From an uncultured Thermoleophilia bacterium (GTDB taxonomy: Bacteria > Actinomycetota > Thermoleophilia > UBA2241), in the NCBI GenBank assembly GCA_963762125.1, contig CAVXJO010000001.1:315940-379939 (forward strand): a DNA stretch of 64,000 bases, read 5' to 3'. Below the pieces are notes generated by a model. That model was not told the origin of the DNA and ran no database searches. It saw only the letters and a program-made list of their open reading frames with translations. Both the position numbers and the translations under genes were made by a program. This document shows, piece by piece, positions 27,699-38,486 of the stretch (position 1 is the stretch's first letter; the number at the start of each line of letters is the position of its first letter).

Positions 27699-28537
27699 TC
27701 AGTCCTCGTCGCGATCTCGGCCATCATCGCGCGGATCCGCTGCGCCGACTCGGTCATGCCGAGCGCCCGCGAGACCTTCTCGGCCTCCGTGAGCTGCAGC
27801 ACGGCGTCGATGGTCTGACCCGCGCGGCGGAATTCGGCCGCCTGGTCGATCTCGAACGTCACCAGCTCGGTGAGCATGCGCCGCACCTCGGGGTCCTCGC
27901 AGGTCGACCGTCTTGCTGCTCGTCGTGACGATGATGTCCGAGAGCGGCACCAGGCGGCCGCCTGAGCCGGACTCCGGCGCCGCCACGTCGCCGGCGGCGG
28001 GCCCGCCCTCAGCGGGCCGCGCGGGCTCGGGTGGCGGCCGCCTGGTCGCCGCTCTCCCCCTCGGGGGCTGGGGGTGCGTCTCGCGCGGGGGGCGCCACCG
28101 CCTCGTCCGGCCGCAGCTCGCCGGTGATCTCCGCGTCGTCGTCGTCGCGCAGCGGCGGTCCGCGCGGCTCGTCGCTCGGGTCGAGTCGTCCGCACGCTCA
28201 GGTCCGGGCCCCAGTCGAGCCCGAGCCCGCCGGGCTGACGGCGTGCGCTCGCGGCAGCCTGCTCGGCCGGGCCCGCTCGCGGCCGTCGCGCGCGCTCCGC
28301 CGGCCGTCTGGCGCCGCTCCATCGCGGGGTCGAGGGTGATGTCCTCGACGGGCTGCTCGGCCTTGCCGAGCACCGAGAAGGTGTCTTGCGGGGCCTCGTC
28401 GAGGAAGGAGCCGCCGGACGGCCGCGCGTCGTCGTCCTGCGTCGTCGTCGCGGCGCCGCGTGACGATCGAGCGCGACGATGAGCAGGAGCACCGCGAGGG
28501 ATGCGACAGCTATCCCGATGATCTGGACGGTCGTCAT
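27699..28537 (-). CDS. Hypothetical single-pass membrane protein (several frameshifts)
   Basis: N-terminal TM MTTVQIIGIAV..., low-complexity linker and helical C-terminus (VRRMLTELVTFEIDQA...). Reconstructed across frames. Confidence 0.55.
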
Positions 28538-28627
28538 GGACTGGGTCCCGGGTCGTTCGTGCCTGGCGGTCTAGCTCTTCGCGTTCGCCGTCCGTCTTTC
28601 CCTGCCCGGCGTAGAATGGCCGGGTGC

Positions 28628-29653
28628 TTGACTCCCGACGTCATCGCGGCCACACTGGCCGAGCTGGGCGAGCCCGCCTATCGCGCCCGTCAGGTCTACG
28701 AGGCGCTGACGCGCGGGCTCGTCACCGACTTCGCCGCCGTCACCACCCTGCCGCTGGCCCTGCGGCAGGCGCTGGCCGAGCGGCTCTCGCCGCTGTCGCT
28801 CACCGAGGTGGAGACGCGCGCCGCGCCGAGAGGCACGGCGCGCAAGACGCTCTTCACGACGGCCGACGGCCACCCGGTCGAGGCGGTGCTCATGCTGGTG
28901 GCCGGGCCGGGCCACCGTCTGCGTCTCCACCCAGGTCGGCTGCGCCGTGGGCTGCGCCTTCTGCGCCTCGGGGACGGCTGGGGCTGCGCCGGGACCTGAC
29001 CGCCGAGGAGATCGTCGACCAGGTCCTGCACTTCGCCCGCGTGCTGCGCGACGACGGCGGACGGCAGCGTCACCAACGTCGTCTTCATGGGCATGGGCGA
29101 GCCGTTCCACAACTACGACCAGACGCTGCGCGCCTGCCGGCTGCTCAACGACCCCGACGGCTTCGGCCTCGCCGCGCGCGCACATCTCCGTGTCGACGGT
29201 CGGCGTCGTGCCCGGGCATCGACCGGTTCGCCGCCGAGCCGCTGCAGCTCAACCTGGCGGTGAGCCTGCACGCGGCCACCGACGAGCTGCGCGACCGGCT
29301 GGTGCCGCTGAACCGCACCTATCCGCTCGACGCGGTGTTCGCCGCGTGCGACGCGGTACGTGGAGGCCACGCGGCGCAAGCTGCTCTTCGAGTACGTGGT
29401 CCTGCGCGGCGTCAACGACACGCCGGCGCAGGCGGCGGCGCTGGCGCAGCGTCTGCGCCGCCCGCTCTACCACCTCAACCTGATCGCCTACAACGAGACC
29501 GGCGGCGAGTTCTCGCGGCCGGCGCCCGGCGAGGTCGAGGCGATGCGCGACCGCCTGGAGCGGGCCGGCGTGAGCGTCACGGTGCGCCACTCGCCGGGCG
29601 GGGACATCGAGGCCGCCTGCGGGCAGCTCGCGCTGCGCCACGAGGGCGCCTGA
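28628..29653 (+). CDS. rlmN: 23S rRNA/tRNA methyltransferase RlmN (several frameshifts)
   Basis: Fragments [14 protein letters not shown] (radical SAM), [26 protein letters not shown] and [11 protein letters not shown]. Confidence 0.9.
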
Positions 29654-29692
29654 CGGCGGTCCGTGGCCGCGGCGGCCGCGGATCGCGATGGG

Positions 29693-30630
29693 TCAGGCCG
29701 GACGGCAGCGCCGCCGGTACTCCGCCGCCGCGGCCTCCGGAGTCCTTGGTCACGAGCGCGATGTCAGTGCCGAGCTCGAACCCGGCCAGCGTCGGCCGTG
29801 CGCGGCGCGAACTCGAGGTGCCAGTGGAACGAGCCGCGCAGGTCGGCCGGCGCCGTGTGCAGCCAGAAGTTGAGCGGCGCGCCGCGCGATCGACGACCTT
29901 GACCGCCGTCAGCGCGCGGCGCAGCGCCGGCGCTACGGCGGCGGGGTCGGCCGGCGCGGAAGTCGGCCTCGTGCGCCGCGCGGCGCCAGCCACAGCTCTC
30001 CGTTGAAGCGGCTGGCCTCCGGGCACCCAGGCGCCGACGGGGCCGTCGAGCACGAGCCGCTCGCCGGCGCGTCTCGAGCTGCGTCGCAGACGACGCAGGC
30101 GCCGTAGCGGTTGCGGTAACGCTCGGCCTCGAGGAGCTCGTCGAGCAGCAGCGGCGGCACCACCGGCGTCGCGAACAGTTGCTCGTGCGGGTGCTCCAGC
30201 GAGGCGCCCGAGCCGGCGCCGAGATTGCCGATGAGCGTCACGGCCGCGGCGCCCGCCTTCGAGCTGCGGCGGCGATGCGGCGCTGCCACATCGCCGAGGA
30301 CCTCGGCGAGGCGCGCGTCGTCCGAGGTCCTCGAGTTCGGCGCTCGTGGTCGGGCGAGTGCACGATCACCTCGTGGCGGCCCTCGAGGGCGGGGTACTTG
30401 TTGGGCACCACGCGCACGTGCCAGCCGGGGCCGTCCGGCGCGCTCCCGGCGGGACGCAGCGCGTCGACCTCCGGCGGCGTCAGCGTCTCGTTGCCGGCGC
30501 AGAAGGGGCAGGGCGGCGCCGCCGCGTCTCGTCCTGCCGCGTCGGCCGGTCGCGACGCCCGCGCCGGCGCGACGATGGCGAGCTTGCCGTTGGCCGGGTT
30601 GCGGCGCAGCTCGCCGCCGCCCGGCGTCAC
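29693..30630 (-). CDS. galT: Galactose-1-phosphate uridylyltransferase family (GalT/DUF4921-like; frameshifted)
   Basis: [49 protein letters not shown] and FELGT. Confidence 0.8.
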
Positions 30631-31566
30631 GGGCTCTTCCCGGTGCGGCTCGTCTCGAACTCGTCGCGGCCGCGGTGCTTGGCCGCATACATGGCCGCGT
30701 CCGCACGTGCGAGAGCGGCGCGGTCGTCCGGGTCGTCGACGGCCACGAGGCTGCCGCCCGCCGAGACCGTCATGCGCAGGCCGGCGTTCTCCACCAGGGC
30801 GAACCGGGAGTCGCGGATGAGCCGCACCAGCCGCCGCCCGTATGCGGTCAGGTCGTCCTGGGTCGCCAGGCTGCAGATGATCACGAACTCGTCACCGCCG
30901 GAGCGTGCGGTGACGTCCATCTCCCGCGCGTTGTCCGAGAGCACGCCGGCCACGAAGCGGATCGCCTCGTCGCCCACCGCGTGTCCGAGCCGGTCGTTGA
31001 TCTCCTTGAGCGTGTCGATGTCCAGGTTGATGACGCCGTACTTGCGCGCCAGGCGCTTGAACATGGCGAACTGCTGGGCGAGCGCCGCGTCGAGGTATCG
31101 CCGGTTGAAAAGCCCCGTGAGCGGGTCGGACACGGCCGAGTCGGAGAGCTCCTGGATGCGGCTGGCGAGCTCCTTGCCGGCGACACTCTCGAGCTCGCCG
31201 AAGATCTCCACGCCGTGTCTGCGTCCGTCGATCTCGAGCATCGCCGTCTTGACGTACACGGCCAGGCGCTCGCCGTCCTTGCGCTTGAGGAAGACCTCGT
31301 TGATCGAGTGCTCTTCGCCGGTGTCGATGCAGTCCTGAAGGGGGCAGCCGGAGACGCACAGCCGGGAGCCCGGCCAGGTCCGTGTGGACGAGGATCTCCT
31401 CATCGCAGCGGTGGCCGACCACCTCGTCGGCGGTGAAGCCGGTGATGCGCTCGGCGCCGGCGCTCCAGTAGACGATGGTGCGGTCGGGATCCGTGACGTA
31501 GACGCCGTCGCTGATCGCGTCGAGGATGTGTCTGAACGCGCCGTCTATGCCTTGGTCATCGGCCAC
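30627..31566 (-). CDS. PAS-GGDEF diguanylate cyclase (frameshift at ~31380)
   Basis: PAS (DGVYVTD..RTIVYW..GAERITG), DPLTGLFNRR, GGDEF and RxxD I-site (REMD, five residues before GGDEF). Confidence 0.88.
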
Positions 31567-31668
31567 GCGGACTCAGTACCCGGTGGGGGAGTCGCTCAAG
31601 CTCGGAGGGCGGCGATGGGGACGTCGCTCACAGTCGGGTGCACCTGCGGAGCACCCGACGATGATTCA

Positions 31669-31704
31669 CCTGCGGCGCCTTCGGCGCCTGCGGCGCCTTC
31701 GTCG
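31669..31704. repeat. Two 18-bp tandem copies
   Basis: CCTGCGGCGCCTTCGGCG / CCTGCGGCGCCTTCGTCG, just downstream of the DUF4388 stop. Confidence 0.55.
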
Positions 31705-31705
31705 C

Positions 31706-32441
31706 TTACTCGGAATCGAGGGAGGCGTCGAGCTCCTGCTTCGTATCCGTCTCGCGCGAGCGGTAGAGCTGGCGCGCGTCGCGCAGGTGGTCGCTGCTCT
31801 CGTCGAGCACCGCGGCCATCTCCCGCCAGAGGCACACGTCCTTCTTCAGGTACTTCGTCTTGATCACCGCGCCGCACTCTTCGCTCGAGGGGGCAGGCGT
31901 AGCAGACCTCGTTCTCGACCACGTTGCGCGTCTTGCGCGCCCGTTCGCCCTCGTCGATGCGCCGGTACGCGTCGAGCAGGAGGCCCTGGACGTCACCCTC
32001 GATCGCCACCTGGAAGCGGGGCATCTGCTCCGGCTCTTCGTAGAGGAACACGCCGGTCGTCCAGTGAGCGAGCTCGAAGACCTGGTCCAGCGTCTGCCGC
32101 TCCATGATGCGCGCGGATCTCCTCGCGCGTCGTGTAGCCCTTCTCCATGAGGCGCTGGCCGAGTGGCTTGAGCTTCTTCTGGTCGTGGGAGAGGCCGGAG
32201 TCTTCCATGAGGGCCTCGGCGAGCTGCTGCTCGCTGAGGAAGCCGGCCTTGACGAGGCGCGTACCGAGCTTCTCGTCGGTGATGGGCAGGGAGATGGCCT
32301 CGACCTGGCCCTCTCGACGAGGTAGATGAAGCCGTACTCCTCGAAGTCGCGGACCTCGAGCACGCCGGTGGCGGCGCCCTGCGCGAGGAACTGCAGAACG
32401 CCGGCGAGGTTGAACCTGTGGATGGATCCTTCGAGCAGCAT
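31706..32441 (-). CDS. DUF4388 (PATAN-like) protein with MshEN-like motifs and a Cys-containing C-terminus (frameshifts)
   Basis: LEGSIHRFNLAGVLQFL...TGVLEV...G.IYL; KLGTRLVKAGFL; LAHWTTGVF.Y; LLLDAYRRIDE; then CYACPL..C..C. Confidence 0.8.
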
Positions 32442-32543
32442 GGTCGATCTTCGCACTGGTAGTCGGTACCAGTAGCCCATATCGGCAACGTCTCGGGGAA
32501 TCGTGAGCGTGGCGGCGGCCCGGGCCGGGCCTCACGGGTCAAA

Positions 32544-32573
32544 TTGACCGGGCCTCCGCCGCGCCGCTATACT
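32544..32573 (+). promoter_or_regulatory. sigma70 promoter of the rpmH operon
   Basis: TTGACC-18 nt-TATACT. Palindrome GGTCAA-A-TTGACC (32537-32549) overlaps the -35. Confidence 0.7.
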
Positions 32574-32609
32574 CTGCGTTCTGACTATCGGCAATCGTGC
32601 GAGGAAGCA

Positions 32610-32744
32610 GTGAAGAGGACCTACCAGCCCAACACCCGCAAGCGCAGCAAGACCCATGGCTTTCGCAAGCGCATGAGCACGCGCGCGGGTCGGTCGGTGA
32701 TCAAGAGCCGCAGGCAGAAGGGGCGCAAGCGCCTCTCCGCATAG
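32610..32744 (+). CDS. rpmH: 50S ribosomal protein L34
   Basis: [28 protein letters not shown]...[11 protein letters not shown]. Confidence 0.97.
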   Translation: MKRTYQPNTRKRSKTHGFRKRMSTRAGRSVIKSRRQKGRKRLSA

Positions 32745-32756
32745 CCGCGGGCCCTG

Positions 32757-33141
32757 ATGGCCGCCAAACGCTCCCGCCTTTCTCGCTCCTCCGACTTCCA
32801 GCGCATCTATCGGCAGGGGAGCTCGACGGCCTCTCGCTTCCTGGTGCTGTATTGGTTCAAGCGCCCGGCCGAGCCGGGCGACGAGGGGCCGCGTCTCGGC
32901 CTCTCGGTGTCGAAGAAGCTGGGCGGAGCCGTCGTCCGTAACCGCATCAAACGGCTGCTGCGCGAGGCCTTCCAGGCCAACGCGGGGCGGCTTGCCGAGG
33001 AGTACGATCTGGTCGTGATCGCGCGCCCGCAACTCATCGAGCTCGTCACCCGCGAGGGCGAGGGCGAGAAGGGTCTCGTGGCCGGCGGCCGTGCAGGAAC
33101 TGCTGGACCGCTCCGGCCTCATCACCTCGGGACAGGCATGA
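32757..33141 (+). CDS. rnpA: Ribonuclease P protein component (frameshift near 3' end)
   Basis: RLSRSSDFQ, RLGLSVSKKLGGAVVRNRIKRLLRE; conserved position in the operon. Confidence 0.92.
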
Positions 33142-33460
33142 ACCGCATCCTCGCGGCCTCAACGCCGGCCTGAACGCCGTCTTCATCGGGCTCATCAGGG
33201 TCTACCAGTACACGCTCTCGCCCATGCTCGGGCAGCGCTGCAAGTACTACCCGTCCTGCTCCAACTACGCCATCGGCGCGCTCCGCGAGCACGGCCCCAT
33301 CAAGGGACTCGGCCTCGCGAGCTGGCGGCTTCTGCGCTGCAACCCATTCAGCAACGGCGGCTACGACCCCGTGCCGCCGCGGCACCACGACTGCGGGCAC
33401 GACCATGCCCACGCGGAATGTGAGCGCGCGTGTATAACTTCCCGATCCTCTCGCAGCTGA
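33138..33460 (+). CDS. yidD: Membrane protein insertion efficiency factor YidD (frameshift near start)
   Basis: YQYTLSP, CKYYPSCSNYA, RLLRCNPFSNGGYDPVP. 3' end uncertain. Confidence 0.9.
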
Positions 33461-34536
33461 TCCTGCTGCTTCACTGGGTCCTGGTCACGATCAACGACTT
33501 CCTGACCGGACTCGGGCTGGGCTACAGCTGGAGCTGGGGCCTGGCCATCATCGGCCTCACGATCATCGTGCGCCTCATCCTCTTCCCGCTCACGTGGAAG
33601 CAGTACAAGTCGGCGCAGCAGATGCAGATGATCCAGCCGCAGATCAAGGAGCTGCAGAAGAAGTACAAGGGCGACCGCGGCAAGCTCCAGGAAGAGACGA
33701 TGAAGCTCTACTCGGAGCACCGCGTGAACCCGTTCGCGTCGTGTCTCCCGCTGCTGCTGCAACTGCCGGTGTTCATCAGCCTCTACGCGGCGATCAAGGG
33801 CCTCGGCCCGCTGTCGGCGCCCGCCTACCAGGCCTCTGTCGAGGCGCTGAACCAGGCGCCCTTCCTGTGGATCCCGCACCTGGGCTTTCCGGACCCGTAC
33901 TACATCCTCCTCGTCCTCTACGTGGTCACGCAGATGATCTCGACGGAGCTCATGGTGGCGACGCAGAGCGACAGCACGCAGAAGTGGATCATGCGCGCGA
34001 TGCCGATCATGTTCGTGCTCTTCCTGTTCAACTTCCCGGCCGGCCTGTTCGTGTACTGGGTCACGACCAACGTGTGGACCATCGGCCAGCAGCTGATCAT
34101 CCGGAGGACGATGCCCAAGCCCGAAGAGCTCGTGCGGCAGGCCAAGGCCAAGCCCAAGAAGCGCAGCCGCTTCATGGAAGTCATGATGGCCTCGCAGGGC
34201 GAGGCCATGAAGCAGCGCGAGGAGAAGATGGGCAAGCAAGGGCGACGGCACGAGCGACGCCAAGCAGGGCATCGGTCGCGGCCGGCGCCAAGAAGCCCGC
34301 GTCCGGCGGCCAAGAAGCCGCCGCCCGGCAAGGGTCAAGCGCAAGCAGGCCACCGGGCGGCAAGCCCGGCCAGCCAGCCGGCGCCAAGCCCAAGGCGGCG
34401 CCGGCCAGTCCGGCAAGGCACGGCCGGCCGGCCGGCGGCCAAGAAGACGCGGCCGGCCGACAAGCCGCCGGCGGCGGCGCCGGCCGGGCGGCGACGGAGG
34501 AGCGACACGAGCGCGGGCGGTCCGGCGGACGACTGA
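33430..34536 (+). CDS. yidC: Membrane protein insertase YidC/Oxa1 (C-tail possibly frameshifted)
   Basis: AIIGLTIIVRLILFPL, QPQIKELQKKY, NPFASCLPLLLQLP, FPAGLFVYW and NVWTIGQQ. Confidence 0.93.
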   Translation: MYNFPILSQLILLLHWVLVTINDFLTGLGLGYSWSWGLAIIGLTIIVRLILFPLTWKQYKSAQQMQMIQPQIKELQKKYKGDRGKLQEETMKLYSEHRVNPFASCLPLLLQLPVFISLYAAIKGLGPLSAPAYQASVEALNQAPFLWIPHLGFPDPYYILLVLYVVTQMISTELMVATQSDSTQKWIMRAMPIMFVLFLFNFPAGLFVYWVTTNVWTIGQQLIIRRTMPKPEELVRQAKAKPKKRSRFMEVMMASQGEAMKQREEKMGKQGRRHERRQAGHRSRPAPRSPRPAAKKPPPGKGQAQAGHRAASPASQPAPSPRRRRPVRQGTAGRPAAKKTRPADKPPAAAPAGRRRRSDTSAGGPADD

Positions 34537-34586
34537 CGCCGCCGGGCCGCCCGCGCCTTTCTCACCCCGACCAGGGAGCAGGATCG

Positions 34587-35344
34587 ATGGAAGAGCCGGA
34601 CGACCTCCAGCCGATCGACGAAGACGAAGAGGAAGAAGAGACCGAGTTCGCCACCATCGCCGGTGGGGCCACCGTCGAGGAGGCCAAGCGCACGGCGCTG
34701 GAACAGCTGCGCAAGATCGTGCCCTACATCAACCCCGCCGACGTCGACTACGTCGTCGTGGAGGAGGGCAGCAAGGGCGGCTTCTTCGGCCGCGGCAAGA
34801 TGCAGGCGCGGGTCGAGGCGCGGCTGCGCCCGTCGGAGGAGCGCGTCGAAGCCGACCTCCCGCCGGGCGCCGAGACGCTCCGCGAGTTCATCCAGACCGT
34901 CGTCGACCTCATGGGTATCGAGGCGCACGTGGGCGCCAGCGAGACGCCCGAGTGGGTGCGCGCCGAGATCAGCGGCGACGACCTCGGACTCGCTCATCGG
35001 CCGCCACGGCGCCACCATCGACGCCCTGCAGTACATCGCCGCGATCGTCGTCAACGGCGACCGGCGCGAGCGGCGCCAGGTCGATCGTCGACGCGGAGGG
35101 GTATCGCGACCGCCGCGCCGCGGCGCTCACGGCGCTCGCCGACCGCACGGCGCAGAAGGTCGCGCGGGAGTCGGTGAGCATCACCCTCAAGCCCATGACG
35201 GCCGCGGAGCGCAAGGTCATCCACCTGCACCTCAAGGATCACCCGCGCGTGGAGACGGTGTCCGAGGGCAACGAACCATTCCGCGCCGTCGTCGTCTCTC
35301 CCAAACAGCCGTCAGGTCTGAGCCTGCCGGGCATCCTCCTGTAA
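34587..35344 (+). CDS. jag: RNA-binding protein Jag/KhpB (frameshifted)
   Basis: GATVEEA, EEGSKGGFFG, LIGRHGATIDALQY (KH) and MTAAERKVIH (R3H). Confidence 0.9.
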
Positions 35345-35419
35345 AGGAGGGGCCCCGCATGGCCGAGAAGATGAGCGAGCGCGGGTCAGCGCGCCGAGCA
35401 GACGACAGGAGGGATCCAC

Positions 35420-36431
35420 ATGCGTGCCATGATGACCGGACGCGGAGTCGCCTGCTCCTCGTCCTGGCGCTGGCGCTCGTCGCCGTGGCCGGCTGCGGGG
35501 GCAGCGACAAGGCGTCGCAGCGGCGCCTCGGCGGCCACGACGCGGCCTCCGGCGTGGTCGGCCGACCAGATCGTCAAGGACAGCGAGGCGAAGATGGCGA
35601 CCGTCAACAGCGCCGCGTTCACCGCCGACTTCGCGCTCCAGGTCCAGGGCGACACCGCGAAGATGACCGACCCGACGGCCAAGGCGCTGCTCGGCCAGGG
35701 CGTCACCTTCACGCCGAGGGCAAGAGCGCCAACGACCCGACCGCCGTCGACATGACCATGAGCCTGGGCATCGCCGGGCAGAACCTCGAGTTCGGCATGA
35801 AGAGCCAGGGCAAGAAGTCGTGGCTCGAGTACCAGGGCGCCTGGTACGCGCTCGACGCCAAGAACGCCAAGACGCTGGACAAGCAGGCCCAGACCGGCGC
35901 CGCGCCCACCGAGCAGCTCAAGAGCATGGGTGTCGACCCGTCGACGTGGGGCGCGACCTACCAGCTGGTCGGCACCGAGGACCTGAACGGCGTGCAGGTC
36001 TACCACATCAAGGCGACGGCCGACGCGCAGAAGCTGGCGGACTCGCTGACGAAGGCCGCCGAGGACCCGAGCCTGAGCAGAAGCTCGGCGGCTCGAGCAG
36101 CGAGCTCGGCCAGCTCAGCCAGGGCCTCACGCAGAACAAGCAGCAGGCCGAGGAGCTCAGCAAGAGCCTCAAGGACGCGACCGTGGACTACTGGATCGGC
36201 GTCGACGACCAGCTCATGTACAAGGCGCAGTTCGCGCGCCTCCATGGACACGTCGGCCAGAAGGACATGCAGGGCGTCACCGGCATGACCGCTGAAGGGC
36301 GCCGTGACCATGTCCGACTTCGACCAGCCGGTCGACGTCGACGGCCGCCGGCGGGCGCGAAATCGTTCAAGGACTTCATGAACCAGCTGTTCGGCGGCAT
36401 GCTGGGCGGCAGCAGCGGGCTGACGCTCTGA
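35420..36431 (+). CDS. Lipoprotein, LppX/LprAFG-like (frameshifted)
   Basis: AGGAGGG RBS; lipobox VAGC; beta-rich fragments (GTEDLNGVQVYHIKA, DYWIGVDDQL, DFDQPV). Confidence 0.65.
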
Positions 36432-36478
36432 GATGAGTCGGACGGCGGCGCGGGACGCGCCGCCGGACCGGGAGACGA

Positions 36479-36517
36479 AAAGGGCCGGGGCCGCCGTCGA
36501 GGCGGCCCCGGCCCTTT
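36479..36517. terminator. Bidirectional intrinsic terminator
   Basis: AAAGGGCCGGGGCCGCC-GTCGA-GGCGGCCCCGGCCCTTT: 17-bp stem with A and T flanks between convergent genes. Confidence 0.8.
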
Positions 36518-36555
36518 CGCATCCGGCGGCCTGCGGCCGCCCGCTCGTCAGGCGC

Positions 36556-38054
36556 TCAGCGGTCCCAGTCGAAGTCGCGTGCCTGGGTCTTCTCCCAGGA
36601 CGCGCTCTCGTCGTCGCTGCGCTGGCCGAGCAGGGACTTGCTGAGGAACTCCGGCGGCTTCTGCGCCGCCTCGCGCGGGGTCTCGCGCTCGGCGGCAGGG
36701 CCGGCCGGTGCGGCGGCCGGCGTCGGAGCGGCCGGCGGGGCCGTCTCGGGCGCCGCCTGGGCGCGCGCTGGGCGGCGGCGCGGCTGATCTGCGCCGGCGC
36801 CAGCTGCACCGTGCCGTCGGCGCGCACGCCGGCGTTGGGCTGCAGCGTGAGTTCTTCGTAGCCGCGGTCGTCCATACCGACGTCGCCGCTGTCGATGTCG
36901 ACGCGGAAGCGGTACCAGCCCATGGTCCACATGAACGTGCGGCGACGGTCCCGCCGTCGAAGCCGACGTGCACGTGCGGCAGGCCCAGCTGCTCGTTGGT
37001 CTCGGCGATCTTGCGCGGGACGCGGCTGACGTTGAGCAGGTCGACGCCGCGCTGCAGCAGCGTGAGCGACGCCGCCGCCGCCTCGGCCTCGGCGGCGGAC
37101 GGTCACGGCCGGCTCTTCGGCCGGCGGCTCGCCGGGCAGCGCGCCGCCGGCGGCGGCCACGGCCGCCGCGGCTTCGGCCGCGGCGATCTCGCCGGTGCTC
37201 TGCGTCCTCTATTTCGTCCTCTTCGCGCTCGAGCATGTCGTCGGTCGATCGACGCGATGGGCTGCGTGTCTTCGAACACCATCGGGCGAGACGCGGGAGG
37301 CGCGTCGGCCGCCGGTGTCCTCGGCCTCGGCGTCGCCATGACGCCGGCGGCTGCGCGACGGCTTCGACGGCGGGCTCTGCAGCGACCTCTCGGCGATGAC
37401 CTCTTCGGCCACTTCTGCGGCTCGGCGGCGGGAGCGTCGGAGGCCGGGCGTCGGCGCCGGACGGCGAGGCGGCCTGCTGCGGCGGGAGCGGCTCGGCCTC
37501 GCGCAGCGCCGCCATCTCGGCGCGCGAACTCCGCGGGCGTCTCGCCCCAGGTGCGCTCGCCGGGCTCCGACGAGTCGCCCGTGAGTGAGCCGGGCTCCGG
37601 CTCCTCGGCGGCTCGTCGGCCGTGCCGAGGCGCGCGAACCGGCCGGCGAGCTCCTGCCGCTCGGCCTCCGCGCGCGCCAGCTCGGCCTTGAGCTGCTCGA
37701 TCTGGGCGTCCTTGTCTTTGAGCGCCTGCCAGAAGGCGTCGCTCTCTGCGCGCGTGTCGCGCGCCGGTCGGCTCGGCGCGAAGGCGCGGGCGCCGGTTCC
37801 GGCGCGCTCCTCGAAGCCGGGCGACTCGCTGCGCGTCTCGCGCACGCGCCCGTTGTTGGCCGGGGCGGGTGCGGCGGCGACGGCTCGTTCGGCCCGGCGT
37901 ATGCCTGTCCGCACAGGGAGCAGATGAGCCGCTCGTCGCCGTGTTCATCGATGACGGTCTGGGTCCATTCGCCGGCGAGGAGGGTGCGGCCGCACTGTGC
38001 GCAGACGGCCTGGTCCTGGTCGTCCTTGCCGCGGCCGAAGATGCGTCCGAACAT
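36556..38054 (-). CDS. Hypothetical protein with N-terminal Zn-ribbon, coiled coil, low-complexity linker and globular C-terminus (several frameshifts)
   Basis: CAQC...CSLC; FWQALKDKDAQIEQLKAEL; LLQRGVDLLNVS...WTMGWYRFRVD; ends RDFDWDR. Reconstructed across frames. Confidence 0.6.
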
Positions 38055-38145
38055 CGTCACTCCCGTGTCTGGAACGCCCCGCAGGGCCGAAAAAACGCTG
38101 CAAGAAGGCACATGATAGCAGACGCCGGGAGCGTGGCCCCGCGTG

Positions 38146-38382
38146 CTACTCTTCGTCGTCCGCGTCGTCCGGCGTCGTCTCGTACTGGTCGAGGATGTCG
38201 CGCGCCCGCACCAGATCGCCCTCGTTCACGAGGATGTGGAACGGGTGGACCGACGGCATGGGGTACACGTCCGGCGCGCCGGGGCCGCCGACGACGGCCT
38301 CCACGCCGGCCTGCTCGAGCACCCCTACGACGACGTTGGCAAGGCCTGCATCGCTGACGGTGGTCACGGTCACGAGTTCCAT
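38146..38382 (-). CDS. DUF2007 family small protein
   Basis: ANVVVGVLEQAGVEA...ILVNEGDL.RAR.IL; GGAGG RBS; upstream -10 TATACT at 38431-38436. Confidence 0.75.
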   Translation of the reverse strand: MELVTVTTVSDAGLANVVVGVLEQAGVEAVVGGPGAPDVYPMPSVHPFHILVNEGDLVRARDILDQYETTPDDADDEE

Positions 38383-38486
38383 GGCGTCACCTCCGGTCGG
38401 GGGTCGTGCGCCTTCGCGCGGCGCAGCCCGAGTATACCCGCGAGGCGGCGGACGGCCTCGCCGATGACGTCGCGGGGCGGCGCGCG

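Noticed and set aside
32442-32609. oriC next to rpmH
   Set aside because: No DnaA boxes, no AT-rich unwinding element and no dnaA.
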